A stretch of 64,000 nucleotides of DNA from an uncultured Acidobacteriota bacterium (GTDB taxonomy: Bacteria; Acidobacteriota; Polarisedimenticolia; Polarisedimenticolales; DASRJG01), in contig CAZYHZ010000012.1 in assembly GCA_964647625.1 (NCBI GenBank), positions 1 to 64,000 of the forward strand, in the 5' to 3' direction. This document shows positions 7,373 to 16,367 of the stretch, piece after piece; position 1 is the stretch's first letter, and each line of letters starts with the position of its first letter. The notes under the pieces were generated by a model, which worked only from the letters and a program-made list of their open reading frames with translations, was not told where the DNA came from and did not search any database. Both the position numbers and the translations under genes were made by a program.

Positions 7373-9445
7373 ATGCTCAGCTCGTTGTTGGCGCATCCGG
7401 TTCAGTATTTCCTCGCGGCAGCCGCGACCTTGTTCGTCCTGACCCTGGTTTCGACCTGGATCCGCTACATCCCGAACACGCGCGTCGGAATCGTCGAAAA
7501 GCTCGTCTCCGCCAAGGGCTCGGTGAAGTCCGGACTGATCGCGCTCGACGGGGAGGCCGGCTTTCAACCGTACGTTCTGCGCGGCGGATGGCACTTCCTG
7601 ACGCCGTTTCAATACCGCGTCCATCGGATGCCGCTCGTCACGATCCCCCAGGGAAAGATCGGCTACGTCTTTGCCCGCGACGGCAAGGACCTGCCGCCGA
7701 CGCAGGCCCTGGCCTCGAACGTCGGCGGGAACGACTTCCAGGACGTCGCCGCGTTCATCCGCTCGGAAGGACAGAAGGGCCCGCAGCGCATGATCCTCCG
7801 CGAAGGCACCTACGCGATCAACCTCGCGCAGTTCGTCGTCCTCACGCCCGACCAGATCCTGTATCTGCCGCTCGATCGCTCGGAGGGCGAGACTTTCGTC
7901 AAGATGGCCGCGGTCATCGGGGAGCGCGACGGCTTCCGGCCCAAGGTCATCAAGGGCACCGACGACGAGGTCGGGATCGTGACCGTGCACGACGGCCCGT
8001 CGCTCCAGCCGGGCGAGATCATCGCGCCGATGGTCGGAAACGACGTTCAGAGCAAGGCCACCTACCACAACAACTTCCAGGACGCGGACAAGTTCCTGGC
8101 CGCCGGCGGCCAGCGCGGCCGGCAGCTGCAGGTGCTCGTCGAGGGCACGTACTACATCAACCGCCTGTTCGCGACGATCGAGATGATCCCGAAGACGATC
8201 GTCGAGGTCGGGACCGTCGGCGTCGTCGTGTCCTACACGGGAGAGATCGGCCCGGACATCTCCGGCGCCGAGTACCGCCACGGCGAGCTGGTCGAGAACA
8301 ACCGCCGCGGCGTCTGGCAGGACCCGCTCCTCCCCGGCAAGTACGCCTTCAACACGTTCGCGGGAAAGGTGCTTCACGTCCCGACGACCAACTTCATCCT
8401 GAAGTGGGTGCGCAACGAGCGCGGATCCCACGGATTCGACGAGAACCTGGCCGAGGTCAGCCTCATCACGAAGGACGCCTTCGAGCCCAGCCTCCCGTTG
8501 TCGGTGGTCGTTCACATCGACTACCGCAAGGCTCCGCTCGTCATCCAGCGCTTCGGGGACATCAAGCGGCTGGTCGAGCAGACGCTCGATCCGATGGTCT
8601 CGGCCTACTTCAAGAACATCGGTCAGACCCGGACGCTCATCCAGCTCTTGCAGGACCGCAGCGCGATCCAGCAGATCGCGGGCGAGCAGATGAAGGAGAA
8701 GTTCCAGCAGTACAACCTGGAGCTGCTCGAGGTCCTGATCGGCACGCCGACGGCGGGCGCGGCCGCCGGCGCCGGCGGCACGCAGATCGAGCAGATCCTG
8801 ATCCAGCTCCGCAGCCGCCAGATCGCCGAAGAGCAGGTCGAAACCTACTCGCGCCAGGAGCGCGCGGCGGCGAAGGAGCGCGAGCTGCGCGAGGCGGAGG
8901 CCAGGGCGAAGCAGCAGACGCTGCTCACCGAATCCGAGATCTCGATCAGCGTGCAATCGAACCAAGGAAAAGCCGACTTCGCGCGCGCGCAACAGCAGGC
9001 CGCGCAAATCCAGACCCTGGCCCAGGCCGAGGCCGAGCGCACGCGCATCACCGGCGAGGGCGAAGCCAAGCGTATTCGCGCGCTCGCCGAGTCCGAGGCG
9101 ATGCGCGCCGCCAACGTCGGCATCGCGCAGGCGCTGGCGATCGAAGAGCAGGTCCGCGCCTACGGCGGTCCGCAGTTCCAGCTCGTCCAGCAGGTGATGA
9201 ACCGCTTCGCGGAGGCGGTCGAGAAATCCCAAGTCGACGTCGTCCCCAAGATCACGATGGGCGGAAACGGCGACGGCAAGGGCTCGGGCCTGATCGAAGG
9301 CCTGCTCGGGACGCTCCTGACCGAGAAGCTCCGGAACCTCGCCGTCTCGACTCAGAGCACCCCGCGCGACAAAGAAGCCCAGGCGATTCGAGACGACATC
9401 TTGAAGAGCGTCAAGGACAAGCGGAGCGACCCGCCGAAGGGGTAA
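7373..9445 (+). CDS. Flotillin / SPFH (band-7) family membrane-microdomain protein
   Basis: ATG at 7373. An N-terminal TM is followed by an SPFH domain and a long Ala/Glu/Gln-rich coiled-coil (EAEARAKQQ...AQAEAERTRI), typical of flotillin-like YqiK/FloA proteins. The ORF-track start at 6419 is a shadow extension. Confidence 0.85.
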   Translation: MLSSLLAHPVQYFLAAAATLFVLTLVSTWIRYIPNTRVGIVEKLVSAKGSVKSGLIALDGEAGFQPYVLRGGWHFLTPFQYRVHRMPLVTIPQGKIGYVFARDGKDLPPTQALASNVGGNDFQDVAAFIRSEGQKGPQRMILREGTYAINLAQFVVLTPDQILYLPLDRSEGETFVKMAAVIGERDGFRPKVIKGTDDEVGIVTVHDGPSLQPGEIIAPMVGNDVQSKATYHNNFQDADKFLAAGGQRGRQLQVLVEGTYYINRLFATIEMIPKTIVEVGTVGVVVSYTGEIGPDISGAEYRHGELVENNRRGVWQDPLLPGKYAFNTFAGKVLHVPTTNFILKWVRNERGSHGFDENLAEVSLITKDAFEPSLPLSVVVHIDYRKAPLVIQRFGDIKRLVEQTLDPMVSAYFKNIGQTRTLIQLLQDRSAIQQIAGEQMKEKFQQYNLELLEVLIGTPTAGAAAGAGGTQIEQILIQLRSRQIAEEQVETYSRQERAAAKERELREAEARAKQQTLLTESEISISVQSNQGKADFARAQQQAAQIQTLAQAEAERTRITGEGEAKRIRALAESEAMRAANVGIAQALAIEEQVRAYGGPQFQLVQQVMNRFAEAVEKSQVDVVPKITMGGNGDGKGSGLIEGLLGTLLTEKLRNLAVSTQSTPRDKEAQAIRDDILKSVKDKRSDPPKG

Positions 9446-9452
9446 GCGGCCG

Positions 9453-10136
9453 TCAGGCTTCGACCTCGAGGTAGCGCAGAAACGCCCGGGTCAGCTCGCG
9501 CTTGAGCGCCTGGTCGTCCTTGGGCAGCAGGTCCTTCCATTCCCTCGGGCGGACCGGCATCACGATCAGCTCGTAGATCGTGCTGACCACCATCACCAGG
9601 CCGAGCGACACCGCGATCCGCGGATTCGGATGGCGGATGTCCTTGCGCGAGGCCAGGATGAGATCGACGACGCGCTCGAACGACCGGATCTCGAGCTTCA
9701 CCGCCTTCCGGGCGAACTCCGATTCGAGCCGTGTCTGGGCGAACTGCCGGAACGCCCGCAGCAGGGCGGCGTTGGCCCGGTAGCTCGTCACCATTCCGCC
9801 GATGATCTGCGCCGCGAACACGTCGAGCGGGATCTTCGCGGCCATGTCGGGCGTCATGCCGGCCTTGAGGCGCTCGTCCTGCCGCTCCAGCACCCCCAGG
9901 ATCGCCGCCTCGATCAAGGCGTCCTTGTCCCGGAAGCGGCGATAGATGGCTCCCGGTGTCAGTCCCGCGTGCTGCGCGATCCGGGGGACGGTCGTCCCGT
10001 CGACCCCGCGCTGACCGAGCACCTCGGTGGCCGCCTTGAGCAATTTGCGCAGTGATTCGCGGCTGCGCTCCTGCTGGGGCTCCAAGGAATCCTTCGGCTT
10101 CGGCATCGCTCCCTTATACCGGCTCCCGGCACCCAT
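9453..10136 (-). CDS. TetR/AcrR family transcriptional regulator
   Basis: N-terminal HTH (RESLRKLLKAATEVLGQRGVDGTTVPRIAQHAGLTPGAIYRRFRDKDAL) is the TetR_N signature. An alternative ATG start lies at 10106. The gene is divergent from the MFS gene. Confidence 0.85.
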   Translation of the reverse strand: MGAGSRYKGAMPKPKDSLEPQQERSRESLRKLLKAATEVLGQRGVDGTTVPRIAQHAGLTPGAIYRRFRDKDALIEAAILGVLERQDERLKAGMTPDMAAKIPLDVFAAQIIGGMVTSYRANAALLRAFRQFAQTRLESEFARKAVKLEIRSFERVVDLILASRKDIRHPNPRIAVSLGLVMVVSTIYELIVMPVRPREWKDLLPKDDQALKRELTRAFLRYLEVEA

Positions 10137-10154
10137 CGGGGCCGAAATTTTCGC

Positions 10155-10202
10155 TTGACCGGGTCATAATGTAAATGTAAACTCACATTTGCATATGATG
10201 CA
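10155..10202 (+). promoter_or_regulatory. Sigma70-like promoter (TTGACC, 17 nt spacer, TAAACT) with overlapping palindromic operator AAATGT-N6-ACATTT and a second palindrome TGCAT-ATG-ATGCA; AGGAGG RBS at 10216..10221
   Basis: The sequence was read directly from the TetR/MFS divergent intergenic region. The inverted repeat overlaps the -10 box, typical of a TetR operator. Confidence 0.55.
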
Positions 10203-10227
10203 AGCCCGGGAAAAAGGAGGAGCCCTC

Positions 10228-11466
10228 ATGAACGCCGCAAGCATCCCTGTCCCGCCGAGGCCGGCCGTGACGACCCACCCCCTGCGCAACAGCCAATTCG
10301 TGCTCTGGTGGATCGGCGCGACGACGTCGTTGTTCGGCGACCAGTTCTACATCGTGGCGCTGCCGTGGGTGGTCTTGCAGCTCACCGGCTCGGGCGTGGC
10401 CATGGGGACCGTCGCGATGTGCGCCGGAATCCCGCGCGCCGCGCTGATGCTGATGGGTGGGGCGGTCACCGACCGGGTCTCACCGCGCAAGGTGCTCCTC
10501 ATGACGGCCTCCGCGCGGAGCGTGCTCGTCGCGGCGATCGGGGGTCTCCTCTGGCTGCACGTGGTCCAGCTCTGGCACCTCTACGTGCTCGCGCTGGCGT
10601 TCGGCATCGCGGACGCGTTCGCCATGCCGTCGGCCGGACCGCTGATGCGTTCCTTGGTCAAGCCGGAGCAGCTCCCCGCCGCCAACTCCCTCTGGCAGAG
10701 CAGCGCGCTCCTGACCAGCATCGTCGGGCCGGCGCCCGCCGGCGTGCTGACGAAGGCGCTCGGCGCCGCGTGGGCGTTCTTCCTCGATGCGTTCAGCTTT
10801 CTCTTCGTGATCGCCGCGCTGTGGGTCGTCCCCGATCCGCCCCGCGCGCCTGCGGCGGCGCAGGGGAAGCCGAGCATCTGGGCTTCGATTCGCGAGGGCT
10901 TGAGCTACGTCATGAAAGACGTGTCCCTGAGGTCGCTCCTGCTGCTCGTCGCCGCGCTGAACTTCTGTCTCGCGGGGCCCCTTTCCGTCGGGCTGGCGTA
11001 CCTCGCGAAGACGAGATTCTCATCGCCGACCGCGTTCGGCGGGTGGATCTCGTCCGTCGCCATCGGCACGCTGGCCGGGATGCTGCTCGCCGGCGTCTAC
11101 AAGTCGAAGCGCCGGGGGATTCTGCTGGTCGCGACGGGCGCAATCCTCGGCATGATCATGGCCTGCATGGGACTGCTCGGCGGCTTCTGGCCCGTGGCTC
11201 TCGTGCTCCTCGTGATGGGCGCGTTCAGCGGATTCATCAACGTGCAGATCCAGGCGTGGCTTCAGCAGCGCGTGGACCGCTCGATCCTCGGGCGCGTCAG
11301 CAGCGTCGTGATGCTCTCGTCGTTCGGACTGCTCCCGGTGTCGATGGCGGTCGCCGGAGTCGCGGTGGAATGGAGCGTCCCCGGGCTGTTCGCGATCGGG
11401 GGCGCGGTCGTCACCCTCGTCTCGATCTTCGGCGCGATGCAGCGCGACGTTCGCGCGATCGAATGA
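10228..11466 (+). CDS. MFS transporter (MFS_3 / enterobactin-exporter EntS-like)
   Basis: ATG at 10228, 7 nt after AGGAGG. The protein has twelve predicted TM segments and sits next to the TetR gene. Confidence 0.85.
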   Translation: MNAASIPVPPRPAVTTHPLRNSQFVLWWIGATTSLFGDQFYIVALPWVVLQLTGSGVAMGTVAMCAGIPRAALMLMGGAVTDRVSPRKVLLMTASARSVLVAAIGGLLWLHVVQLWHLYVLALAFGIADAFAMPSAGPLMRSLVKPEQLPAANSLWQSSALLTSIVGPAPAGVLTKALGAAWAFFLDAFSFLFVIAALWVVPDPPRAPAAAQGKPSIWASIREGLSYVMKDVSLRSLLLLVAALNFCLAGPLSVGLAYLAKTRFSSPTAFGGWISSVAIGTLAGMLLAGVYKSKRRGILLVATGAILGMIMACMGLLGGFWPVALVLLVMGAFSGFINVQIQAWLQQRVDRSILGRVSSVVMLSSFGLLPVSMAVAGVAVEWSVPGLFAIGGAVVTLVSIFGAMQRDVRAIE

Positions 11467-11475
11467 CCCGCTGCG

Positions 11476-12249
11476 CTAACGGGTCATCTTCACCGCGCGA
11501 TCGTTCTGCGGCTGCACGGGACGCGCGTTTCCGGGGTAGCGCTTCCCGAACCGGTCGATCTCCGACGTGGAGACCGTCACGGGAGTCTTCATCACGAACC
11601 AGGTCACGCCTTCCGTGCACGGGGGCGTCGTCAGCGAGCCCTCGAACGTGTAGTACCCGCGCTCGCGGGGGAGCAGCCCGGCCGGATCGAGCGTCACCGC
11701 CGGGAAATCCGACGGCTCACCGCCGGCTTGCGGGAGCGAGCCCCACACCAGCTCGACCACGCCGTTGGAATCGCCGGATGTCAGGAGGACGGCGACCACC
11801 GCGAGGTGGCCCTTGTCGTCCTTGTGGACCAGGTGGACGACCATCGGAAACTCTTTGCCGTCGACGTGCTCCTCGCTCGGCTTGTGAAAATGGAACTGCA
11901 CGAGCGCGAATCGCTGCTTGCCCACGAGAATGCTGCTTCCCGGATCGACGTTCACCATGATCGTGTGGCCGTTGTCGACCACGTGCAGTCCGGTTCGCTT
12001 GTAGTCGAACTGGATCGGCGGCAGATCGGCCGGCTTCGCGTTGTGGATGTCGATCGGCGACTGACGATGCCCGTGCGAGCACGCGGCGAAGTCGCTCTCG
12101 AGATCGCCCCAGTGCTCGGGGCCGGTCGCACCGGTGTAACCCCAGTGGGGGGGTGTCGCATCCGCGTGCTCGGCGGCGCGGACGCCGGTCGCGGCGATGA
12201 TCGCGAGCAAGACGACTCCGATCGAGCCGAGCGATCGTACGAGACTCAT
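11476..12249 (-). CDS. cah: Alpha-class carbonic anhydrase, periplasmic
   Basis: Signal peptide plus the alpha-CA motifs QSPIDI, FHFHKPSEEHVDG and GSLTTPPCTEGVTW. Confidence 0.9.
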   Translation of the reverse strand: MSLVRSLGSIGVVLLAIIAATGVRAAEHADATPPHWGYTGATGPEHWGDLESDFAACSHGHRQSPIDIHNAKPADLPPIQFDYKRTGLHVVDNGHTIMVNVDPGSSILVGKQRFALVQFHFHKPSEEHVDGKEFPMVVHLVHKDDKGHLAVVAVLLTSGDSNGVVELVWGSLPQAGGEPSDFPAVTLDPAGLLPRERGYYTFEGSLTTPPCTEGVTWFVMKTPVTVSTSEIDRFGKRYPGNARPVQPQNDRAVKMTR

Positions 12250-12323
12250 GGGCGGGTCCTCCTCGGGCGCGCCATTAGATCACGACCGCCCGCCGCTGAG
12301 ATTTTCGCCGAATCCGAATTAGG

Positions 12324-13433
12324 ATGCTCGCGGGGGGTTGGCGTTTGGAGGGTGCGCACCGGCATGCGACCGTTTTCGCGGTGTTGCTCGCCATCTCGAT
12401 CGCGCCCCCGGCGCGCGCGGCCGAGGTCGATCCGCCGAAGCAGAGCATCCGAGACCTGAAGCTGTTCCGCCTCGAGTTCGACAACGACAACCTGCTGGGC
12501 TCCGACGACGCGTTCACCGCGGGCTTCGGCATCCAGTTCCACTCGGAGCTGAACGACACCTGGCACCGCGGCTATGCCGGCTGGATCGGCAAGCTGCCCG
12601 GCCTCGGCGACGACGGCCCCGGCGGCCGGATCGTGCGCTGGGCGTACAGCATCGGCCAGATCATCCTCACGCCCAAGGACATCACGAATCCCGACCCGCA
12701 GCCCAACGACATCCCGTGGGCGGGGATGCTCGGCATCACCGGCACCTGGTACTCGTACGACAACAAGAGGCTCGCGGCGCTTCAGGTCTACGTCGGATGC
12801 CTGGGACCGTGCTCCCACGCCGAGCAGGTTCAGCGGTTCATTCACGAAGACCTCGGGCTTGGCGATCCTCCCAAGGGATGGCACAACCAGCTCTCGAACG
12901 AAGCGCTCGCGAACTTGAACTACGAGCTCCGTTACAAGCTGGTCGCCTCGCCCCCGGCGGCGTACTGGGATGGAGCGTTCGCCGGTGACATGTCGATCGG
13001 CGCGCAGGGTGCGGTGGGGAACCTCACGACGCGGCTGGTCGCCGAGTTCGAGGCTCGCTGGGGCTGGGCGCTCCCGATGGGATTCGCGAAGGTCTCCGAC
13101 CCGCCGGGGATCGGCATGGCCCTCGACCCGACTTACATCGACCCGAAGCAGACGCCAAGCGACGTGAAGCGTTGGCGCTTCTTCTTCAGCTTCGTCGCCC
13201 GGTACCACTGGATCTCGTATCTGGCGGGCGCCGAAGGCGGGCCGACCGAAAACGGCGGATACCACCCGCCCTTGCGTCCGTATCCCGGGACGAGGGACCT
13301 TCTCTTCGGAATGCACCTCCTCCGATTCCCGTACGGCTTCCACGTCACCTATTACCGCTACGTCGATTCTCCGCCGGCCGGCTACTTGGACAAGCTGGAC
13401 TGGATGAACTTCTCGTTCGAGTATCGTTTCTAG
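12324..13433 (+). CDS. Outer-membrane protein, probably lipid A deacylase LpxR family (DUF2219)
   Basis: ATG start with a signal peptide (VFAVLLAISIAPPARA). The motif LEFDNDNLLGSDDAFTAGFGIQF resembles the conserved LpxR N-terminal block, and the C-terminus ends in aromatic residues (FEYRF). The family assignment is tentative. Confidence 0.7.
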   Translation: MLAGGWRLEGAHRHATVFAVLLAISIAPPARAAEVDPPKQSIRDLKLFRLEFDNDNLLGSDDAFTAGFGIQFHSELNDTWHRGYAGWIGKLPGLGDDGPGGRIVRWAYSIGQIILTPKDITNPDPQPNDIPWAGMLGITGTWYSYDNKRLAALQVYVGCLGPCSHAEQVQRFIHEDLGLGDPPKGWHNQLSNEALANLNYELRYKLVASPPAAYWDGAFAGDMSIGAQGAVGNLTTRLVAEFEARWGWALPMGFAKVSDPPGIGMALDPTYIDPKQTPSDVKRWRFFFSFVARYHWISYLAGAEGGPTENGGYHPPLRPYPGTRDLLFGMHLLRFPYGFHVTYYRYVDSPPAGYLDKLDWMNFSFEYRF

Positions 13434-13438
13434 GCACG

Positions 13439-15046
13439 ATGAGCGGAGCATCCCGGTCGACGTGGAGCCCTCTGGCGCGCCCGCTGTTTCGCGCCTTGTG
13501 GATCGCCTCGACCGCGTCACATGTCGCCTCGTACATGGCGGACCTGGGCCAAGGCTGGCTCATGTCGTCGCTCACCGCGTCGCCGCTCGTCGTCTCGCTG
13601 CTCCTGACAGCGGAGAGCTTGCCCTACGTGCTCCTCGGGTTGCCCGCCGGGGCGCTGGCGGACATCGTCGACCGGCGCCGGCTCTTGGTGGCGACCCAGC
13701 TCGGCCTGGTGGTCGTCGGGGGGACGCTCGCGGTCGTGACGCTCACCGGCGTCGTGAAGCCGTCCGTGCTGCTCGCACTGGCCTTCGCGTCGGGGACCAT
13801 CACCGCTCTCAACGACCCCGCGTGGTATGCGGCGCTGCCGGATCTCCTTCCGGGTGGCGAGCTCGAGGCGGGCGTCACGCTGAGCGCGGTGGCCATCAAC
13901 ATCGCGCGGATGCTCGGTCCGAGCCTGGGCGGATTCATCGTCGCGGCCACGGGACCGGGCGCCGTGTTCGTGCTCGATGCGCTTTCGTTCCTCGGAGTCG
14001 TCGGCGTGCTCGTCTCATGGCGGACGGAGCGGCGACCCTCCGTTCTTCCGGCCGAGCGCGTCCTCCCCGCGATCAAGGCCGGCCTGCGCTTCGCGCTGAA
14101 CGCGCCGGCGCTCCAGCGCGTGCTCGCCGGGTCGTTTCTCTTCATGGTCTGCGGTGTCGGCGTTCTCGCGCTGATGCCGGTGCTCGGTCGAGCGACCGGG
14201 CACGGCGCGGTCGGGTTCGGGCTTCTTCTGGGGTCCCTCGGCGCCGGCGCGGTGACGGGAGCGACGCTCCTTCCCCGCGTCCGCGATCGCGTCTCGCCTA
14301 ACTGGCTGATCGCCGCGGGGTCGCTCGTGTTCGCGGCGGTCGCGATCGGGGCCGCAACCTCGCAGACCCTGGTCGTGCTCTGCCCACTGCTCGTCGCGGG
14401 GGGAGCGGCCTGGATGTCGGTGCTCTCGGTCCTGAACGTCGCCGCCCAGCAGGCGAGCCCGCCGTGGGTCCGGGCGCGCGCGCTGGCGGTGTACCTCATC
14501 GGCTTCCAGGCGGCGGTCGCCGTGGGGAGCGCGCTGTGGGGCCTCGTCGCGTTACGCGCGGGGCTCAGCGCCGCCTACCTCGGGATCGGCGGCGGGCTCG
14601 TCGCCGGGGCGCTGCTCGTTCCTTGGGTGAGGCCCGCCGCACGCGAGGCGGTCGACCATACTCCTTCCCATCACTGGGCCGACCCGGTCGTTTCCGGGAC
14701 GCCGTCGCTCGAAGCGGGGCCGGTCATGATCCAGGTGGAGTACACCGTCGATCCGTCCCACGCGGAAGAGTTCCGGCTCGCCATGGACGAGCTCGGGCGG
14801 AACCGGCGCCGCGACGGCGCGATCCAGTGGTGGCTCTTCCAGGACTCGGCGGAACCGACGCGGTTCGTGGAAACCTGGATCGAGGAGACGTGGGCGGAGC
14901 ACCTCCGCAACCACGATCGCGTTTCCGTCGCCCACAAGGCGCTGGAGGAGCGGGTCGGACGCCTGACTTCAAGCCCCGAGACGATCACGACGCGCCACTT
15001 CATCGCACCCGAGATGCGCCCGTCCACACGAACTCCGATTTCCTGA
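13439..15046 (+). CDS. MFS transporter fused to C-terminal ABM/Dabb-like (antibiotic biosynthesis monooxygenase-type) domain
   Basis: ATG at 13439, 5 nt after the upstream stop. The protein has 12 TM helices plus a C-terminal ~100-aa domain (VMIQVEYTVDPSHAEEFRLAMDEL...WWLFQD...FVETWIEETWAEHLRNHDRVS) with ABM-fold character. The ORF-track start at 13172 is an extension. Confidence 0.8.
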   Translation: MSGASRSTWSPLARPLFRALWIASTASHVASYMADLGQGWLMSSLTASPLVVSLLLTAESLPYVLLGLPAGALADIVDRRRLLVATQLGLVVVGGTLAVVTLTGVVKPSVLLALAFASGTITALNDPAWYAALPDLLPGGELEAGVTLSAVAINIARMLGPSLGGFIVAATGPGAVFVLDALSFLGVVGVLVSWRTERRPSVLPAERVLPAIKAGLRFALNAPALQRVLAGSFLFMVCGVGVLALMPVLGRATGHGAVGFGLLLGSLGAGAVTGATLLPRVRDRVSPNWLIAAGSLVFAAVAIGAATSQTLVVLCPLLVAGGAAWMSVLSVLNVAAQQASPPWVRARALAVYLIGFQAAVAVGSALWGLVALRAGLSAAYLGIGGGLVAGALLVPWVRPAAREAVDHTPSHHWADPVVSGTPSLEAGPVMIQVEYTVDPSHAEEFRLAMDELGRNRRRDGAIQWWLFQDSAEPTRFVETWIEETWAEHLRNHDRVSVAHKALEERVGRLTSSPETITTRHFIAPEMRPSTRTPIS

Positions 15047-15058
15047 GGCGACTCGTCG

Positions 15059-15304
15059 TCATTGCTCGTAGTTCTCGACGATCTCCGGGGGCCGGACCTT
15101 CGCATGGCTCGGATCGTCGCCGAACTCGCGCAGCGCGCGTCTCTGGCGCAGTAGATCCCAGCATTGATCGAGCTCGACCTGGATGTCTTCCAGGCGCTTG
15201 TGCTCGGCATCCGAGCGCGTCTTCCGCTTGTAGAGCGTGTGCTCCTCGCCGACGAGCTGCTCGATGTGTTTCAGGACGGTGCGGTCGCCATCGCTCCCTG
15301 CCAT
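15059..15304 (-). CDS. DUF2630 family small protein
   Basis: ATG at 15304, 7 nt after AGGAGG. The 81-aa sequence MAGSDGDRTVLKHIEQLVGEEHTLY...REFGDDP is typical of DUF2630. The long ORF-track extension to 16174 is spurious. Confidence 0.7.
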   Translation of the reverse strand: MAGSDGDRTVLKHIEQLVGEEHTLYKRKTRSDAEHKRLEDIQVELDQCWDLLRQRRALREFGDDPSHAKVRPPEIVENYEQ

Positions 15305-15348
15305 CGCGATTCCTCCTTTGACCCGTGCCTTTCGTGTATAGCACGAAT

Positions 15349-16233
15349 CTACGGACGGGAGTGCTCCAGCAGGACGATGCCCGACATCCGGCGGCCTTCT
15401 TCGAGGCGCTTTTCCGACATGAACCGGGCCATGAGCTTGTAGATCCATCCGCCCGGCATCATCCGGTCGAGGCGCATGCTGTCTTCCCAGAGCGAGCGCC
15501 ACTCCGCCTCGCGCCAGCCGTGCGGCTCGAAGAACTTCGTCCCCTCGGCGGGTCCGAAGATCATCGGCGCGTTGCCGGCGGCCAGCATCGGCTCCCAGCG
15601 CTTCTTCAACATCGCGAGCAGGCGCGGCGAGGCGAGGTCGGTGATCCAGTAGCGGATCGAGGAGCGCGCGGCGAGAGCGCGTGAGAGAGCGGCGACGTGC
15701 TCGGCGGTCAGGTAGACGAGAAGCCCTTCCGTGACGGCGAGAGCAGGCCCGCCCGCGCGCTCGACGCGATCGAGCACGTCGGCCAGCGCTTGCGGCTGCG
15801 TCAGGTCGGCGGCGACGTACTCGAGCGCGCACACGGGCGTGGCGCCCGACAGCTGCTCGCGGACGTAGGCGGTCATCTCGGGCAGCTCGACGTGAAGCCA
15901 GCGCAGCGCCGGCGGCAGATTCAACCGGTACGCACGGGCGTCGAGCCCCGCAGCGAGATTGACGACGGTCCGGACGCCGTCGCGCGCGACCGCGCGAAGG
16001 ATCAGCTCGTCCATGACCGCGGTGCGCACGACCATCGCCCAGGCCGATGACGGTCCTTTGGGCATCTCGCGGACGATGCGCTCTCCGCGCTCTCCCGCCA
16101 GCCGCCGCGCGAACGGGTCGCTGAAGATCGCGTCGGCGCGCTCCGATTCCATCGCGCGGTAGATCGCGACCCATCGTGCGGTGTCCGAGACGTTCCGGAT
16201 CGACGTGCCGGAAGACGGAGTGTCGTCGCTCAT
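15349..16233 (-). CDS. Class I SAM-dependent O-methyltransferase (LCM/Mycobacterium Omt-like family)
   Basis: ATG at 16233 overlaps the TGA of the upstream rhodanese frame (ATGA). Methyltransferase motifs include VVNLAAGLDARAYRL and LAVTEGLLVYL. Confidence 0.85.
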   Translation of the reverse strand: MSDDTPSSGTSIRNVSDTARWVAIYRAMESERADAIFSDPFARRLAGERGERIVREMPKGPSSAWAMVVRTAVMDELILRAVARDGVRTVVNLAAGLDARAYRLNLPPALRWLHVELPEMTAYVREQLSGATPVCALEYVAADLTQPQALADVLDRVERAGGPALAVTEGLLVYLTAEHVAALSRALAARSSIRYWITDLASPRLLAMLKKRWEPMLAAGNAPMIFGPAEGTKFFEPHGWREAEWRSLWEDSMRLDRMMPGGWIYKLMARFMSEKRLEEGRRMSGIVLLEHSRP

Positions 16234-16367
16234 GCCGGGATTCTAGGCGATTCGAGCGGATATCCCGCCGCGCGCCACGCGTCGAGCCCGCCCTCGAGCG
16301 GATGCACTTGCTTCACGCCGTAGCTTCTGAGGATGAGCGCCGCCCGGGCACTCGAGGCTTCGTTCGG
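16230..16367 (-). CDS. In-frame continuation of the rhodanese domain after the TGA (PNEASSARAALILRSYGVKQVHPLEGGLDAWRAAGYPLESP); possible Sec read-through or pseudogene fragment
   Basis: The same frame stays open for 45 codons and encodes the canonical rhodanese C-terminus. It ends exactly in an ATGA overlap with the methyltransferase start. Confidence 0.45.
   Translation of the reverse strand, partial: PNEASSARAALILRSYGVKQVHPLEGGLDAWRAAGYPLESPRIPA

Noticed and set aside
15305-16174. N-terminal 290 codons of ORF 15059..16174
   Set aside because: The Arg/Ala/Gly/Asp low-complexity lies antisense to the O-methyltransferase gene. Only the C-terminal 81 aa (DUF2630) with its own AGGAGG RBS is credible.
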